Part shown: in pieces, positions 24,966 through 37,460 of the stretch
How the letters are laid out: the number at the start of each line of letters is the position of its first letter
How positions within the stretch are numbered: position 1 is the first letter of the stretch
DNA from: Octopus bimaculoides
Taxonomy: Eukaryota
DNA: 64,000 bases
Assembly: GCF_001194135.2 (NCBI RefSeq)
Contig: NC_068986.1
Coordinates: 73,565,036 to 73,629,035, forward strand
Reading direction: 5' to 3'
Made by a program: the position numbers and the translations under genes
Notes under the pieces: generated by a model
The model's database searches: none
What the model was told of the DNA's origin: nothing
The model's input: only the letters and a program-made list of their open reading frames with translations

Positions 24966-24989
24966 GGGGGTGGGGGTGGGAGTAGGGGG
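24966..24989 (+). other. G-quadruplex motif G5-T-G5-T-G3-AGTA-G5
   Basis: Directly visible. Confidence 0.7.
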
Positions 24990-25476
24990 CTTGGCGCAAT
25001 TGTTAGAGTGCCAAGCAAAATGTCTTGCAGTATTTAGTTACATTCATTTAGCCAATTTTTTTTTTGTTTTGTTTCTCTTAAACCAACACCAGTTGTCAAA
25101 TAGCAGTGAAGAAACACAAACACACACACACACACACACANNNNNNNNNNNNNNNNNNNNNNNNNNNNNNNNNNNNNNNNNNNNNNNNNNNNNNNNNNNN
25201 NNNNNNNNNNNNNNNNNNNNNNNNNNNNNNNNNNNNNNNNNNNNNNNNNNNNNNNNNNNNNNNNNNNNNNNNNNNNNNNNNNNNNNNNNNNNNNNNNNNN
25301 NNNNNNNNNNNNNNNNNNNNNNNNNNNNNNNNNNNNNNNNNNNNNNNNNNNNNNNNNNNNNNNNNNNNNNNNNNNNNNNNNNNNNNNNNNNNNNNNNNNN
25401 NNNNNNNNNNNNNNNNNNNNNNNNNNNNNNNNNNNNNNNNNNNNNNNNNNNNNNNNNNNNNNNNNNNNNNNNNNNN

Positions 25477-25511
<35 letters not shown>

Positions 25512-25621
25512 ATGATGGGCTTATTTGGTCAGCCTGAGGCTATAGTAGAAGACACTTGCCCAAGATGCCATGCCATAGGACTGAACCCGAAACCTTGTGG
25601 TTGGGAAGCAAGCTTCTTATT

Positions 25622-25814
25622 TCTTTATTGCCCACAAGGGGCTAAACATAGAGGGGACAAACAAATGGGTTAATTCGATTACATCAACCCCAGTGCATAA
25701 CTGGTACTTAATTTATCGACCTCGAAAGGATGAAAGGCAAAGTTGACCTCAGTGGAATTTGAACTCAGAATGTAATGGCAGACGAAATGCCAACAATTCT
25801 GCCAGCTCACCGCC
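25622..25814 (-). mobile_element. SINE with Nin/Deu-like domain (other copies 46050-46270 +, 47145-47368 -, 50030-50225 +, 63200-63410 +)
   Basis: Reverse complement contains GTCAACTTTGCCTTTCATCCTTTCGAGGTCGATAAATTAAGTACCAG, resembling the conserved Nin/Deu SINE domain (recalled). Confidence 0.75.
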
Positions 25815-25884
25815 TTTCTTGCCACACAGTCACACTTGCACCTATATATATATATATATATGTGTGTGTGTTTGTGTGTAGGTG

Positions 25885-26399
25885 GAGGACAGCTGCTTAA
25901 AGAAGTGCTAGTCTCTAATTGCAGAGGTAACCTGTCAAAGGGATAGACTCAGAAAGACATAGGATGAAGTGGTGAGAAAGGGTCATCAGAATGCTAAGCC
26001 TCACTGAGGAGATGACAAGAGACCAATACTTCTGGTGCTTTATGCACTCGAGAAGACACTCAAGCTAAATATAATTGTGTCCATCCATACATACAGGCAT
26101 GTCTTTTATGGCCATGCCCTCACTTTCTCTCCCAGCCAAGAGGTCTTTGTCTTTTGGGTGCTGGTGCCACATAAAATGCACTTGTTCTGGTGCCATGTAA
26201 AAGCACCCATGCTGGTAGCATGTGAGAAGCATCTGTAAAGTGGTTGGCATTAGGAAGGGAATCCAGCGATAGAAACCATGCCAAAACAGAGAATTGGAGC
26301 CTGTCCTGCTGTCTGGCTGGCCAGCTCCTGTCAAACCACCCAACGCATGTCAACATAGAAAATCGATGTTAAACAATGAGGACGATGATGATGATGATA
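25885..26399 (+). mobile_element. Older RTE LINE 3' fragment with short internal 25-26-bp tandem array
   Basis: DSCLKKC*SL..DRLRKT*DEVVRK..EMTRD, 3'UTR with repeats TGGTGCCACATAAAATGCACTTG.., (GAT)n tail. Confidence 0.8.
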
Positions 26400-26412
26400 T
26401 ATNNNNNNNNNN

Positions 26413-26444
<32 letters not shown>

Positions 26445-26774
26445 CATGAGCTTCCACACAGTTTCCAACTACCAAATTCACTTGCAAGGTCCCACACAAT
26501 GGTACCGAAGCTAAAACCATGTGGTTGCAAACAAGTTGAAATTCTGACAATATCAGTTTCATCTTTCATTTGTATGAGATCAGCAAAATAAAGTATCAAT
26601 CACATACTGAGGCAATCTAATCAATTTGGCCTTCCCCACAAATTCATCATCATCTACCTTTGTTAGATATCAATATTTGCTGCAATGATTCTGTCTTCAT
26701 GTGGATCTGTCTTAATTGAATGGCATTTCTTGGTTTGTATGACATACTTTCTTGTCATGCACATTTAATTATTG

Positions 26775-26946
26775 GTAGGTACCCTGTAGGGATGTCAATT
26801 AGGTACCTTATAGATACCTTACATAGCAGAAACCTCGTTAAGTACATACCCTATGTGGCATCAACTGGGTACCTTATAAAGCATTAACTAGATACTCTCT
26901 GTAGCATCAATTGGTAGATACCAATTGATGCTATATATACTAATTG

Positions 26947-26952
<6 letters not shown>
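26775..26952. repeat. Degenerate ~23-bp tandem array ending in a perfect hairpin
   Basis: Units such as GGTACCTTATAAAGCATTAACTA and GATACTCTCTGTAGCATCAATTG; perfect 15-bp inverted repeat at 26902-26916 and 26919-26933. Confidence 0.75.
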
Positions 26953-26994
<42 letters not shown>

Positions 26995-28277
26995 NNNNNN
27001 NNNNNNNNNNNNNNNNNNNNNNNNNNNNNNNNNNNNNNNNNNNNNNNNNNNNNNNNNNNNNNNNNNNNNNNNNNNNNNNNNNNNNNNNNNNNNNNNNNNN
27101 NNNNNNNNNNNNNNNNNNNNNNNNNNNNNNNNNNNNNNNNNNNNNNNNNNNNNNNNNNNNNNNNNNNNNNNNNNNNNNNNNNNNNNNNNNNNNNNNNNNN
27201 NNNNNNNNNNNNNNNNNNNNNNNNNNNNNNNNNNNNNNNNNNNNNNNNNNNNNNNNNNNNNNNNNNNNNNNNNNNNNNNNNNNNNNNNNNNNNNNNNNNN
27301 NNNNNNNNNNNNNNNNNNNNNNNNNNNNNNNNNNNNNNNNNNNNNNNNNNNNNNNNNNNNNNNNNNNNNNNNNNNNNNNNNNNNNNNNNNNNNNNNNNNN
27401 NNNNNNNNNNNNNNNNNNNNNNNNNNNNNNNNNNNNNNNNNNNNNNNNNNNNNNNNNNNNNNNNNNNNNNNNNNNNNNNNNNNNNNNNNNNNNNNNNNNN
27501 NNNNNNNNNNNNNNNNNNNNNNNNNNNNNNNNNNNNNNNNNNNNNNNNNNNNNNNNNNNNNNNNNNNNNNNNNNNNNNNNNNNNNNNNNNNNNNNNNNNN
27601 NNNNNNNNNNNNNNNNNNNNNNNNNNNNNNNNNNNNNNNNNNNNNNNNNNNNNNNNNNNNNNNNNNNNNNNNNNNNNNNNNNNNNNNNNNNNNNNNNNNN
27701 NNNNNNNNNNNNNNNNNNNNNNNNNNNNNNNNNNNNNNNNNNNNNNNNNATACTCATAGCTGATATTAATGTTGTAATTCCAACAATATAAAGACATTGT
27801 AATGTTATATTCACTGCATAGATAAATCATTTTGTTTTTTTTTCTTTTTCTTTTGTCTTTTTTTTCTTTTTCTTTTGTCTTTTTTTTCTTTTTCTTTTGT
27901 CTTTTGTGTGATGTACATCTGCTGTAAATATACTGAAGATTATCTGGTTCCAATGTTAACAATTTACCAATCTAAGTACATGTCAATAATTTATATTACA
28001 TTGCTACCGATGTTGCTGCCGACAACAACATGGCCTGGCCTCATCTATTGAATAGTGCAATGAGAAGTTTAGATTGGTAGTTTTAATCAAATAAGTATAC
28101 TTACGTTGTCAGATTTAATCAAGCAGTTAGTAGGATACATCAAATATTTCACTGTGTTTAGTTGTATTCAAACCTGCCCCACCTATCACCACCACGACCA
28201 TGACCACGACCACGACCACGACGGCCACCACCATCACCACCATGACCATCACCACAACCACCACCACNNNNNNNNNN

Positions 28278-28316
<39 letters not shown>

Positions 28317-29658
28317 AATTATGTGGATAAATTACATACATTAAATATATTAAATACAATAGTTTGGGCATGAAATACAAAATATGTAAATATGTATACA
28401 TGCAAATAAGAGAAAGCAAAAGGTGGAGCCTTTCAGATGATGAATTTTAAAGTATAAATATATAGATATTTATATCAATAGGTTCAACTTACACAGAGTA
28501 TAAATGACAGAGAAAAATTAAAGGGGTGGACGAAAGGTGTCATAAGTCCAACAGCTGTTTCTGGGTGCTCAGAGAGCCATAATAATGTTGGTAGATGTGG
28601 TTCATCACAATATGTGGCTGTAATGGATATAATCAACATTGGATAAAACGAGTCTTCATCATCAGAGTAGAGAAGTTGTATATGCATATATATATTACAC
28701 AAATACTCATAGCTGATATTAATGTTGTAATTCCAACAATATAAAGACATTGTAATGTTATATTCACTGCATAGATAAATCATTTTGTTTTTTTTTCTTT
28801 TTCTTTTGTCTTTTTTTTCTTTTTCTTTTGTCTTTTTTTTCTTTTTCTTTTGTCTTTTGTGTGATGTACATNNNNNNNNNNNNNNNNNNNNNNNNNNNNN
28901 NNNNNNNNNNNNNNNNNNNNNNNNNNNNNNNNNNNNNNNNNNNNNNNNNNNNNNNNNNNNNNNNNNNNNNNNNNNNNNNNNNNNNNNNNNNNNNNNNNNN
29001 NNNNNNNNNNNNNNNNNNNNNNNNNNNNNNNNNNNNNNNNNNNNNNNNNNNNNNNNNNNNNNNNNNNNNNNNNNNNNNNNNNNNNNNNNNNNNNNNNNNN
29101 NNNNNNNNNNNNNNNNNNNNNNNNNNNNNNNNNNNNNNNNNNNNNNNNNNNNNNNNNNNNNNNNNNNNNNNNNNNNNNNNNNNNNNNNNNNNNNNNNNNN
29201 NNNNNNNNNNNNNNNNNNNNNNNNNNNNNNNNNNNNNNNNNNNNNNNNNNNNNNNNNNNNNNNNNNNNNNNNNNNNNNNNNNNNNNNNNNNNNNNNNNNN
29301 NNNNNNNNNNNNNNNNNNNNNNNNNNNNNNNNNNNNNNNNNNNNNNNNNNNNNNNNNNNNNNNNNNNNNNNNNNNNNNNNNNNNNNNNNNNNNNNNNNNN
29401 NNNNNNNNNNNNNNNNNNNNNNNNNNNNNNNNNNNNNNNNNNNNNNNNNNNNNNNNNNNNNNNNNNNNNNNNNNNNNNNNNNNNNNNNNNNNNNNNNNNN
29501 NNNNNNNNNNNNNNNNNNNNNNNNNNNNNNNNNNNNNNNNNNNNNNNNNNNNNNNNNNNNNNNNNNNNNNNNNNNNNNNNNNNNNNNNNNNNNNNNNNNN
29601 NNNNNNNNNNNNNNNNNNNNNNNNNNNNNNNNNNNNNNNNNNNNNNNNNNNNNNNNNN
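26995..29658. other. Assembly gaps 26995-27749, 28268-28277, 28872-29658 (others: 3450-3500, 9438-9537, 13539-48, 23008-23284, 25141-25476, 26403-12, 30623-30806, 33482-93, 56270-79)
   Basis: Runs of N; most gaps border microsatellites. Confidence 0.99.
28703..28871 (+). repeat. 169-bp direct duplicate of 27750-27918 (both abut N-gaps)
   Basis: Identical by eye, including a CTTTT-rich ~21-bp internal tandem repeat. Confidence 0.9.
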
Positions 29659-29899
29659 ACCACCATATTCTCCACTGCTGCCGCTGCTGCCACCACTACC
29701 ACCACCACCACCACCATCACCACCATCACCACTGCCGCCACCTTCAACTGGCCATGTCAAAACATTTACTGAGACAGAATCCTCCATCTTTAGCTTGCAG
29801 CTAATTTTAAATCTCATAAACTTTCGTCTTCATGTCCAAACAAGAGAGAGAAAAAGATAGATGGATAGAGAGAGATAGAGATAGATAGCCAGATAAATA

Positions 29900-29939
<40 letters not shown>

Positions 29940-30377
29940 CGAAAAAGACAGAGAGTGAGAAATAGGTGAGGTGGAAGGGGGAGATATAGTTAGGAACACC
30001 TTCAACCCCAACCCCCTCTTCATTTCGTGTCATTGATCTAAATCTTTATATTTCACATCAGATTTTCAAACCAATTGATAAGTTTGATTCTGATCATGCA
30101 TGAACTGTTATTATTATTATTGTTGTTGTTATCATTTTCATTATTATTATTATTATTATTATCATTATTGTTATCATTATTATTATTATTATTATTATTA
30201 TTTATGAAGAATTTCATTGAAAATCTATTTCCTGAACGTGTTCTCTTGCTGACATTCAAATTGAATAAATTCCTTAATATATTCATGTCTCCCACATTGC
30301 AAAGGCTTTTACTTGGAAAATGGTTTTATTTCTTTTATTTACTTATGGTTTGTTTGAGTTTGGATTTATATACATAC

Positions 30378-30424
<47 letters not shown>

Positions 30425-30467
30425 GATATAGGGCAGGGAATTGCCAATTAGTAATAAAATATATATA

Positions 30468-30578
30468 TTGGAGCCTGGTGTTGCCATCCGGTTTCACCAG
30501 TCCTCAGTCAAATCGTCCAACCCATGCTAGCATGGAAGGCGGACGTTAAACGATGATGATGATGATGATGATGATGAT
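30468..30578 (+). mobile_element. RTE 3' terminal fragment
   Basis: TTGGAGCCTGGTGTTGCCATCCGG..AACCCATGCTAGCATGGAAGGCGGACGTTAAAC(GAT)n. Confidence 0.9.
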
Positions 30579-31016
30579 GTATGTATGTATGTATGTATGT
30601 ATGTATCTTTTTTTTCCTTATTNNNNNNNNNNNNNNNNNNNNNNNNNNNNNNNNNNNNNNNNNNNNNNNNNNNNNNNNNNNNNNNNNNNNNNNNNNNNNN
30701 NNNNNNNNNNNNNNNNNNNNNNNNNNNNNNNNNNNNNNNNNNNNNNNNNNNNNNNNNNNNNNNNNNNNNNNNNNNNNNNNNNNNNNNNNNNNNNNNNNNN
30801 NNNNNNCACACCCCTCTAGCAAGTTCATTTAATAAAAATATCACTTCATTTACTTATTTTTATAAGTAAATGACAATTTCATCTTTATTTCGTTTATATG
30901 TTCTATATATACATATATATATATATATCTTATATACACACACGTGTGTGTGTGTTGACAAATGTATGCATACATTATCTATATATACATACATAATTTA
31001 CAAATATTATGCATAC

Positions 31017-31057
<41 letters not shown>

Positions 31058-31357
31058 CAATTTGTCTAGATTAATATTTATCAGAATAAATATTAAAATG
31101 CAATAAATTTCTGTTTCATGTGGTGACGAGAATTCTAATGTTTTGAATAGAAAGTCTTGATGAATGATTAAATGTGGGGCATGTTGGTCATTAAATGTGA
31201 AAGTGCACTGATGATTAAACTTTGGAGTGTTTTGTTAATTTAAAGTGGGGATGTGCTGGGCTTTAATGTGGAGGTGTGTTGGTGATTAAACATGAGGGTA
31301 TATTGTTGCTTTAATGTGAAGAGAAGGTATTATTCATTATATAAAGGTGATTTGTAA

Positions 31358-31501
31358 TTGAATGATGAAAAATGAATGATGAAAAATTGAATGATGAAAA
31401 TGAATGATGAAAAATTGAATGATGAAAAATGAATGATGAAAAATTGAATGATGAAAAATGAATGATGAAAAATTGAATGATGAAAAACGAATGATGAAAA
31501 A
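31358..31501. repeat. Minisatellite, 10 units of (T)TGAATGATGAAAAA, mostly alternating 15/14 bp
   Basis: Directly visible. Confidence 0.95.
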
Positions 31502-32268
31502 TACACTGTATAAAGAATGAAATACCCACAGAGTCAGTTGATCTATGGTTTCATTTCCAAGAAATATAAACCACTGGTTTGTATTTCTTGGGCCCTGGGA
31601 TAGCTATGAATGGCCAAAAGTACCTGGAACTGATGGTAGAGTAATTGAAAATGCACATGCATATTCTTTTATATATTCTTTTACTTGTTTCAATCATTTG
31701 ACTGCAGCCATGCTGGAGCACTGCCTTAAAGGGTTTTAGTAAAAGAAATTGACTCTAGGGCTTATTCTTTGTAAGCCTAGTACTTAATCGGTCCCTTTTG
31801 ATAAACTGCTTGATTACAGGGATGTAAACACACCAGCGCCGGTTGTCAAGTGATAGTGGGGGGGGGGCAAACACACACACATAAATACACACACACACAC
31901 ACACACACATGTATATGTGACAGGCTTCTTTGAGTTTCTGTCTACCAAATCCACTCACAAGGCTCTGGTCAGCCTGAGGCTATTGCAGAAGACACTTGCC
32001 CAAGTTTCCACATAGTGGAACTGTAATTGCAACCTTGTGGTTGGGAAGCAAGCTTCTTACCATGGTACAACATATTCATGCACAATGGTGCTCCATGTCA
32101 TAGAGTAAAAATTGTACAATACTTTAAAAAGGTCAAGGTCATGAGACAAGAATGGCTTCAGTCCTCTTAGAAATTTGTGGGAATACATGAAAAACAAGGT
32201 TGCTGACAAACAACCATCCTGTGCAAAAGCCTTTGTAGAAGCTATTAAGGAGGTATGGATTAAAGTGA
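31502..32268 (+). mobile_element. Tc1-family transposase fragment interrupted by a SINE (31672-32062, -)
   Basis: YTV*RMKYPQSQLIYGFISK..TGLYFLGPGIAMNGQKYLELMVE*LKMHMHI [SINE] YNIFMHNGAPCHRVKIVQ..PLRNLWEYMKNKVADKQPSCAKAFVEAIKEVWIK, matching Tc1 motifs FMHDGAPCH and P(I/L)ENLW. Confidence 0.88.
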
Positions 32269-32729
32269 GGCGTGTAAGTGATTTAATGTAGGGATGTGTT
32301 GGTTAATAAATGTGTGGTGTGTTAGTCATTCAATGTAGGGTGTTTTGGTGATTGTATTATATTATATACATAGGTGTGAAGGGGCATGGCTCAGTGATTA
32401 GAGCGTTGGGCCCACGATCATGGTGTACTGAGTTTGATTCCTGGACCAAGCTGTGTGTTGTGTTCTTGAGCAAGACACTTTATTTCACTTTGCTTCAGTT
32501 CACTCAGTTGTAGAAATGATTTGCGATGTCACTGGTGCCAAGCTGTATTGTTCTTTGCTGTTCCCTTGGATAACATTGGTGGCATGGAGTGAGGAAGCCC
32601 CTATGCATGGGCGACTACAGGTTTTCCATAAACAACATTTCCTGGACTTGTGTCTTGAAGGGGACCTTTCTCAGTGAAACCCCATGGTCATTCATGACTG
32701 AAGGGATTCCTTTATGCATAGGTATCGTC

Positions 32730-32945
32730 CACCTCATCTAAAGTTAGAACCATGTACTGCAACAGCTCTAGGATTCAAAGGCCCACTACTCTTCAATGCC
32801 CTGCCAAAAAATTAAGAAACTTGCACAATATGGATATGCATGTCTTGAAAAAGGAACTGGACATTCTCCTATACTGAAGAACCAATGATCCAACATGAGG
32901 TACAGATGATGGCAGCAATGTCAAACTCCTTCATACACCAAATGG
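32730..32945 (+). mobile_element. CR1/L2-type LINE 3' fragment
   Basis: SKVRTMYCNS/LGFKGPLLFNALPK.LRNLHNMDMHVLKKELDILL..EEPMIQHEVQMMAAMSNSFIHQM resembles the C-terminus of CR1-like ORF2. Confidence 0.7.
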
Positions 32946-33148
32946 GCCAACAACCAAAGGGGTGAAAAAAACACATGCAAGAGTGGCGATATGAAATCCC
33001 ACCACCCTGAAGAAATCAGTCAAAGAAAAATGATATGCAAAAGTACAAAATCATGGTTTTAGATAATACACAAAATCACTATTTTAATTAATACACCTGT
33101 CTCCTACTAAATATGTTGAGTGCCTTTTACTTTGGTTTGTCCACTCAC

Positions 33149-33185
<37 letters not shown>

Positions 33186-33189
<4 letters not shown>

Positions 33190-33775
33190 GCTGCGTGAAA
33201 AAGTGCCACACCCTAACAGTTGAGGGAACCCGTGGAAGAGGTAGGCCCAGGAAGACCTGGGCTGAGGTGGTGAGGCAAGACCTTCGTACATTGGGCCTCA
33301 CCGAGGCGATGACTACTGACCGAGACCTTTGGAAATGTGCTGTGCGTGAGAAGACCCGGCAAGCCAAGTAAGATCGTTGCCAGTGCCCCTGGACTGGTTC
33401 TTGTGCGGGCGGCACATGAGATGCACCATTTTGAGTGTGGCCGTTGCCAGTACCGCCTGACTGGCTCCCGTAGGATTTTCGNNNNNNNNNNNNATTTTCG
33501 AGCGAGATCGTTGCCAATGCCCCTGGACTGGCTTGTGCGGGTGGCACATAAAAGACACCATTTCGAGCATGGCCATTTTCGTGCGGGTGACACGTAAAAG
33601 CACCCACTACACTCTCTGAGTGGTTGGCGTTAGGAAGGGCATCCAGCTGTAGAAACTCTGCCAAATTAGACTGGAGCCTGGTGTTGCCATCCAGTTTCAC
33701 CAGTCCTCAGTCAAATCGTCCAACCCATGCTAGCATGGAAAGCGGACGTTAAACGATGATGATGATGATGATGAT
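33186..33775 (+). mobile_element. Young RTE LINE 3' end
   Basis: Intact SCVKKCHTLTVEGTRGRGRPRKTWAEVVRQDLRTLGLTEAMTTDRDLWKCAVREKTRQAK*, modular 3'UTR and (GAT)n; adjacent to (GT)n. Confidence 0.93.
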
Positions 33776-34889
33776 ATATATATAGGATATGTAGTACAAA
33801 TTTAGATATTGCAATATAAATATTGTAATGTATGTTTATATATTTATAATTTAAGATTTGTGCCATAAATATAGTTACTGTAATATATTATACATTTAGA
33901 TATTGTAAAATATTGACACTGAAATATATATAGTGATATAGTTTAGATATGGAGACAGTAATATAGTGTGAATATAAATATTGTAATTAACAGTGTACAG
34001 CTGATGTTTACTGTTTCTTGGTGATGATTAATAAGAAGTTTAATGGGTGGAAGTTAAATGCAAGAGGACTGTGGTAGAGAATAGAATATTATATTAAAGT
34101 GAATGTAGTGAGGGAAGAAAGTAAGGTTATAAAACAATAACGAAAAGTATATACAGAATTATATATGAATGTATATAGATATATGTGCAGACATACATAC
34201 ACACCTGTATGCATCTCTACATATGTCTACGTGCGAACATACATACATACACATGCACACATGCACAAGGACATGTACTCACTGATGAAGAAGAGAATGA
34301 GAGAAGATTGGGGAAAGGCAAAACGCAGCAGGAAAAGAGAATTAAAAAATACTCTGATCAAAGAATGGGAGTGGTCAATGCTTGGATACAAATGGGTATG
34401 AGATCTGAAGAGACATAAGCATTTACATGTTTGTGTGAGCGCATGTGTGTGTGTGTGTGTGTGTGTGCATGTTGTTGTGCACATGAACGTAAACTTGTGT
34501 CGATATAAATATTGGTTTAAAGAAAACAAGTAAAGGAAGGAAGTAAGGAAGTTGTGATAAAAGAAATGAACAGCCAGGAAAAATCTAAACATTCATTGAT
34601 AGCTTTAGGTGTGGGAAGGTGTAAATATGCTGTATGTGTGTGTGAGGAGGGAGAGAGAGAGAGGTAGATGGAGAGAGGGAGGTAGATAGAGAGAGGGAGG
34701 ATTCAGTGCAAGGTGTTACCACAAGTGGTTCACCTGCAAAATTCTAATGTCCATCCAAGGGTTGAGAGATTCTTGGAACATTCTGGCATGCACAAAGATC
34801 ATGAAAGCTGTTGGCAAAATTGGGGATCATTTTGGTGTGTGAACCAGCATATCTGTAATCATTCTGTTATCAAGCAGTACTTTTTTTTG

Positions 34890-34996
34890 TTAAACCTTGG
34901 TACTTATTCTATCGGTCTCTCATGCCGAACCACTAAGTTATGGGGACGTAAACAAATCAACACCGGCTGTCAAGCAGTGGTGGGATAGACACACAG

Positions 34997-35036
<40 letters not shown>

Positions 35037-35212
35037 ATATAGATATGTATACGACAGGCTTCTTTCAGTTTCTGTCTACCAATTCACTCACAAGGCTTTG
35101 GTCAGCTCTAGGCTATAAGAGAAGATACTTGCTCAAGGTGCCACCCATTGGGACTGAACCTGGAACCATGTGGCTGTGAAGCAAGCTTCTTCCCACACAA
35201 CCATGCCTGCAC
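34890..35212 (-). mobile_element. Main SINE copy
   Basis: Reverse complement of the consensus. Confidence 0.9.
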
Positions 35213-35864
35213 CTATCATAACAATTTTGATGGCATGTAAACGTTTCAAGATTAGAATGTGTTACATTTGAAATAGTGAATAAATTAATTTTATCTTTTC
35301 CAACACTACATTGTTAAATATCTTTTATTGCCTACTTATTAATATTATGAAACAACAAATAAATGAATTACAGGATCTTACTAATGTATATTGAATGTAA
35401 ACACGAGCATTAAGTAGACCAGGGTGCTATAGTCAAACTATTTAATTTCCACATTTATATTCTACAGAAATGCATTCCTTGAACAAACCTAATTTATTAA
35501 TCAAATTTTTATGTCTCCGATTCAATTGAGTTCAGCTCTGTTGCTTAATTTAGAGATTTACGCCAATTGTTGGAATAACAAATTCCATGTTCCTTACACC
35601 AATCTATAAATTATGGGATAGAATTGATATGCTATTCTCACATCAAGACATTTAGAGTAATAATGTCTTTCATGAGGTCATAATACAATGTCAGTGTATT
35701 ATTTTGAATTTTAATTAATTAATTTCTCAGCTATTTTTAGCAATCCACCAATGCTGAGCTACCATTCTTTCCAGTTTAAAAGATCCATAAACTTGAAGTT
35801 TCATCTCTGTAATATTCAATGTTTTATGAGTGGTTTGTGTCAGTCGATATGTGCAGGTATGACT

Positions 35865-36005
35865 GTGTGATTCAGGAGTTCGCTTCCCAACCACATGGTT
35901 TTGGTTTCAGTCCCACTGAATGGCATTATCAGTGTCTTCTACTATAGCCCTGGATTAACCAAAACCTTGCGTGTGGATTTAGTGGATAGAAACTGAAAGA
36001 AGCCT

Positions 36006-36045
<40 letters not shown>

Positions 36046-36355
36046 AAAGAGTGAGGAAAGACATTTATTTGAGCACTCAGAACACATACCTATTAGTTTG
36101 AGTCATCCTGACGAAAACTCCTCACATCCTATATATTGTCTGTGTATGTGTGTTTATGTCTGTGCTCCCAGTGCTTGATAATCTTTGTTGGTTTGTTCAT
36201 GTTCCTGTTACAGTGATTCCACAAGTGACTGATAGAATACGTACCAAGCTTTATAAAAAATAAAGTACCGGAATCAATTTGTTCAACTAAAACCCTTCGA
36301 AGGTGGTGCCCCAGCATGGCCACAGTCTAGTGACTGAAACGAGCAAAAGATAAAA
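35865..36355 (+). mobile_element. Main SINE copy (head 35865-36010, tail 36150-36355)
   Basis: Head and tail motifs colinear with the consensus. Confidence 0.8.
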
Positions 36356-36399
36356 GTTATGTGTGTGTGTGTGTTGTATGTCTGTGTGTTTGTTTACAT

Positions 36400-36930
36400 C
36401 GTCATCATTATCATGATCATTTAACGTCCGTTGTCCATGCTGGCATGGGTTGGACGGTTTGACTAGGGCTGGCAAGCTCGAAGGCTGTACCAGACTCTAG
36501 TCTGATTTAGCATGGTTTCTATGGTTGGATGCCCTTCCTAATGACACATATGTGCTCACATATTCAAAAGCCGTTCAAGTGGTGTTGTTATTAACTCTTC
36601 TCTTCTCAGTGACTCATCTGCTTTCATCATGCTTTTGAAATCATTTGGAAATGTGGAGTAAAAGATCTCTTACTTGAAAAACAAATAAGAGTTAGAGAAC
36701 CTGGAAGGGAATCATCATCATCATTTAACATCTACTTTCCATGCTAGCATGGGTTGGATGATTTGACTGGGGACTGGCAAACCAGATGGTTACACCAGAC
36801 TCCAATCTGATCTGGCAGAGTTTCTACAGCTGGATGCCCTTCCTAACACCAACCACTCTGAGAGTGTAGTGGGTGCTTTTTACGAGCCACCGGCACAAGG
36901 GCCTGTCAGGCGGTACTGGCAACGGCCATG
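36400..36930 (-). mobile_element. Two RTE-tail fragments (36400-36545 and 36715-36930)
   Basis: (CAT)n TTTAAC..CCATGCT.GCATGGGTTGGA..CTCCAATCTGAT..GGATGCCCTTCCTAA. Confidence 0.85.
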
Positions 36931-37159
36931 CTCAGCTAGTTACAAAACAACACGTCAATATGATATTTGTTAAACCCATGCTAGCTTGGTAAAATGGATG
37001 GAAAAAAAACCCAACAAATGGATGAATGATGAAATTTATATACACAACTAACAAACATCTTAAGATGTGAGAATTTCTTCTCTTAAGGAGAGAGTACATT
37101 AATAGTATCATATAGAAAATAGAATATTTTTCCTTACTGTATTAACAATATATAAAAGA

Positions 37160-37460
37160 AAGAACTGGCACTCAGTCAATTACAATGATACGGGTTCCAG
37201 TTGATTTGATTAGCAGAAAATGCTGCCCATGAAATTAATGTGCAAGTGGTTGAGCACTCCACAGATTAACATAGCCTTAACATAGTTCTCAGGAAGATTC
37301 AGTATAACACAGAATGTGACAAAGCTGGCCCTTTGAAATACAAGTACAGCCCATTTTCACAAGCAACATAAAACAAAGTGTCTTGCTTAAAGACACAACA
37401 TGCTGCTGGGAATCAAACTCATGATTGTGAGCTGAATACTGTAACCATTAAGCCATGTAC
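37160..37460 (-). mobile_element. SINE with CORE-like body and the tail of the 48044 family
   Basis: Reverse complement has TTTAAGCAAGACACTTTG, then TTCAAAGGGCCAGCTTTGTCACA..GTGGAGTGCTCAACCACTTGCAC..ATCAACTGGAACCC..GAGTGCC. Confidence 0.75.

Noticed and set aside
28500-28680. Non-repetitive-looking stretch with open frames on both strands (GVISPTAVSGCSESH.. / YCDEPHLPTLLWLSEHPETAVG..)
   Set aside because: No recognisable homology or convincing splice-site pair; cannot be supported as an exon.
22928-30869. Long ORFs of 100-345 aa filled with X
   Set aside because: They are open only because they cross N-gaps.
33482-33493. 12-N gap inside the young RTE 3'UTR
   Set aside because: ATTTTCG appears on both sides and the 19398 copy is continuous here, so it is most likely an unmerged contig overlap.
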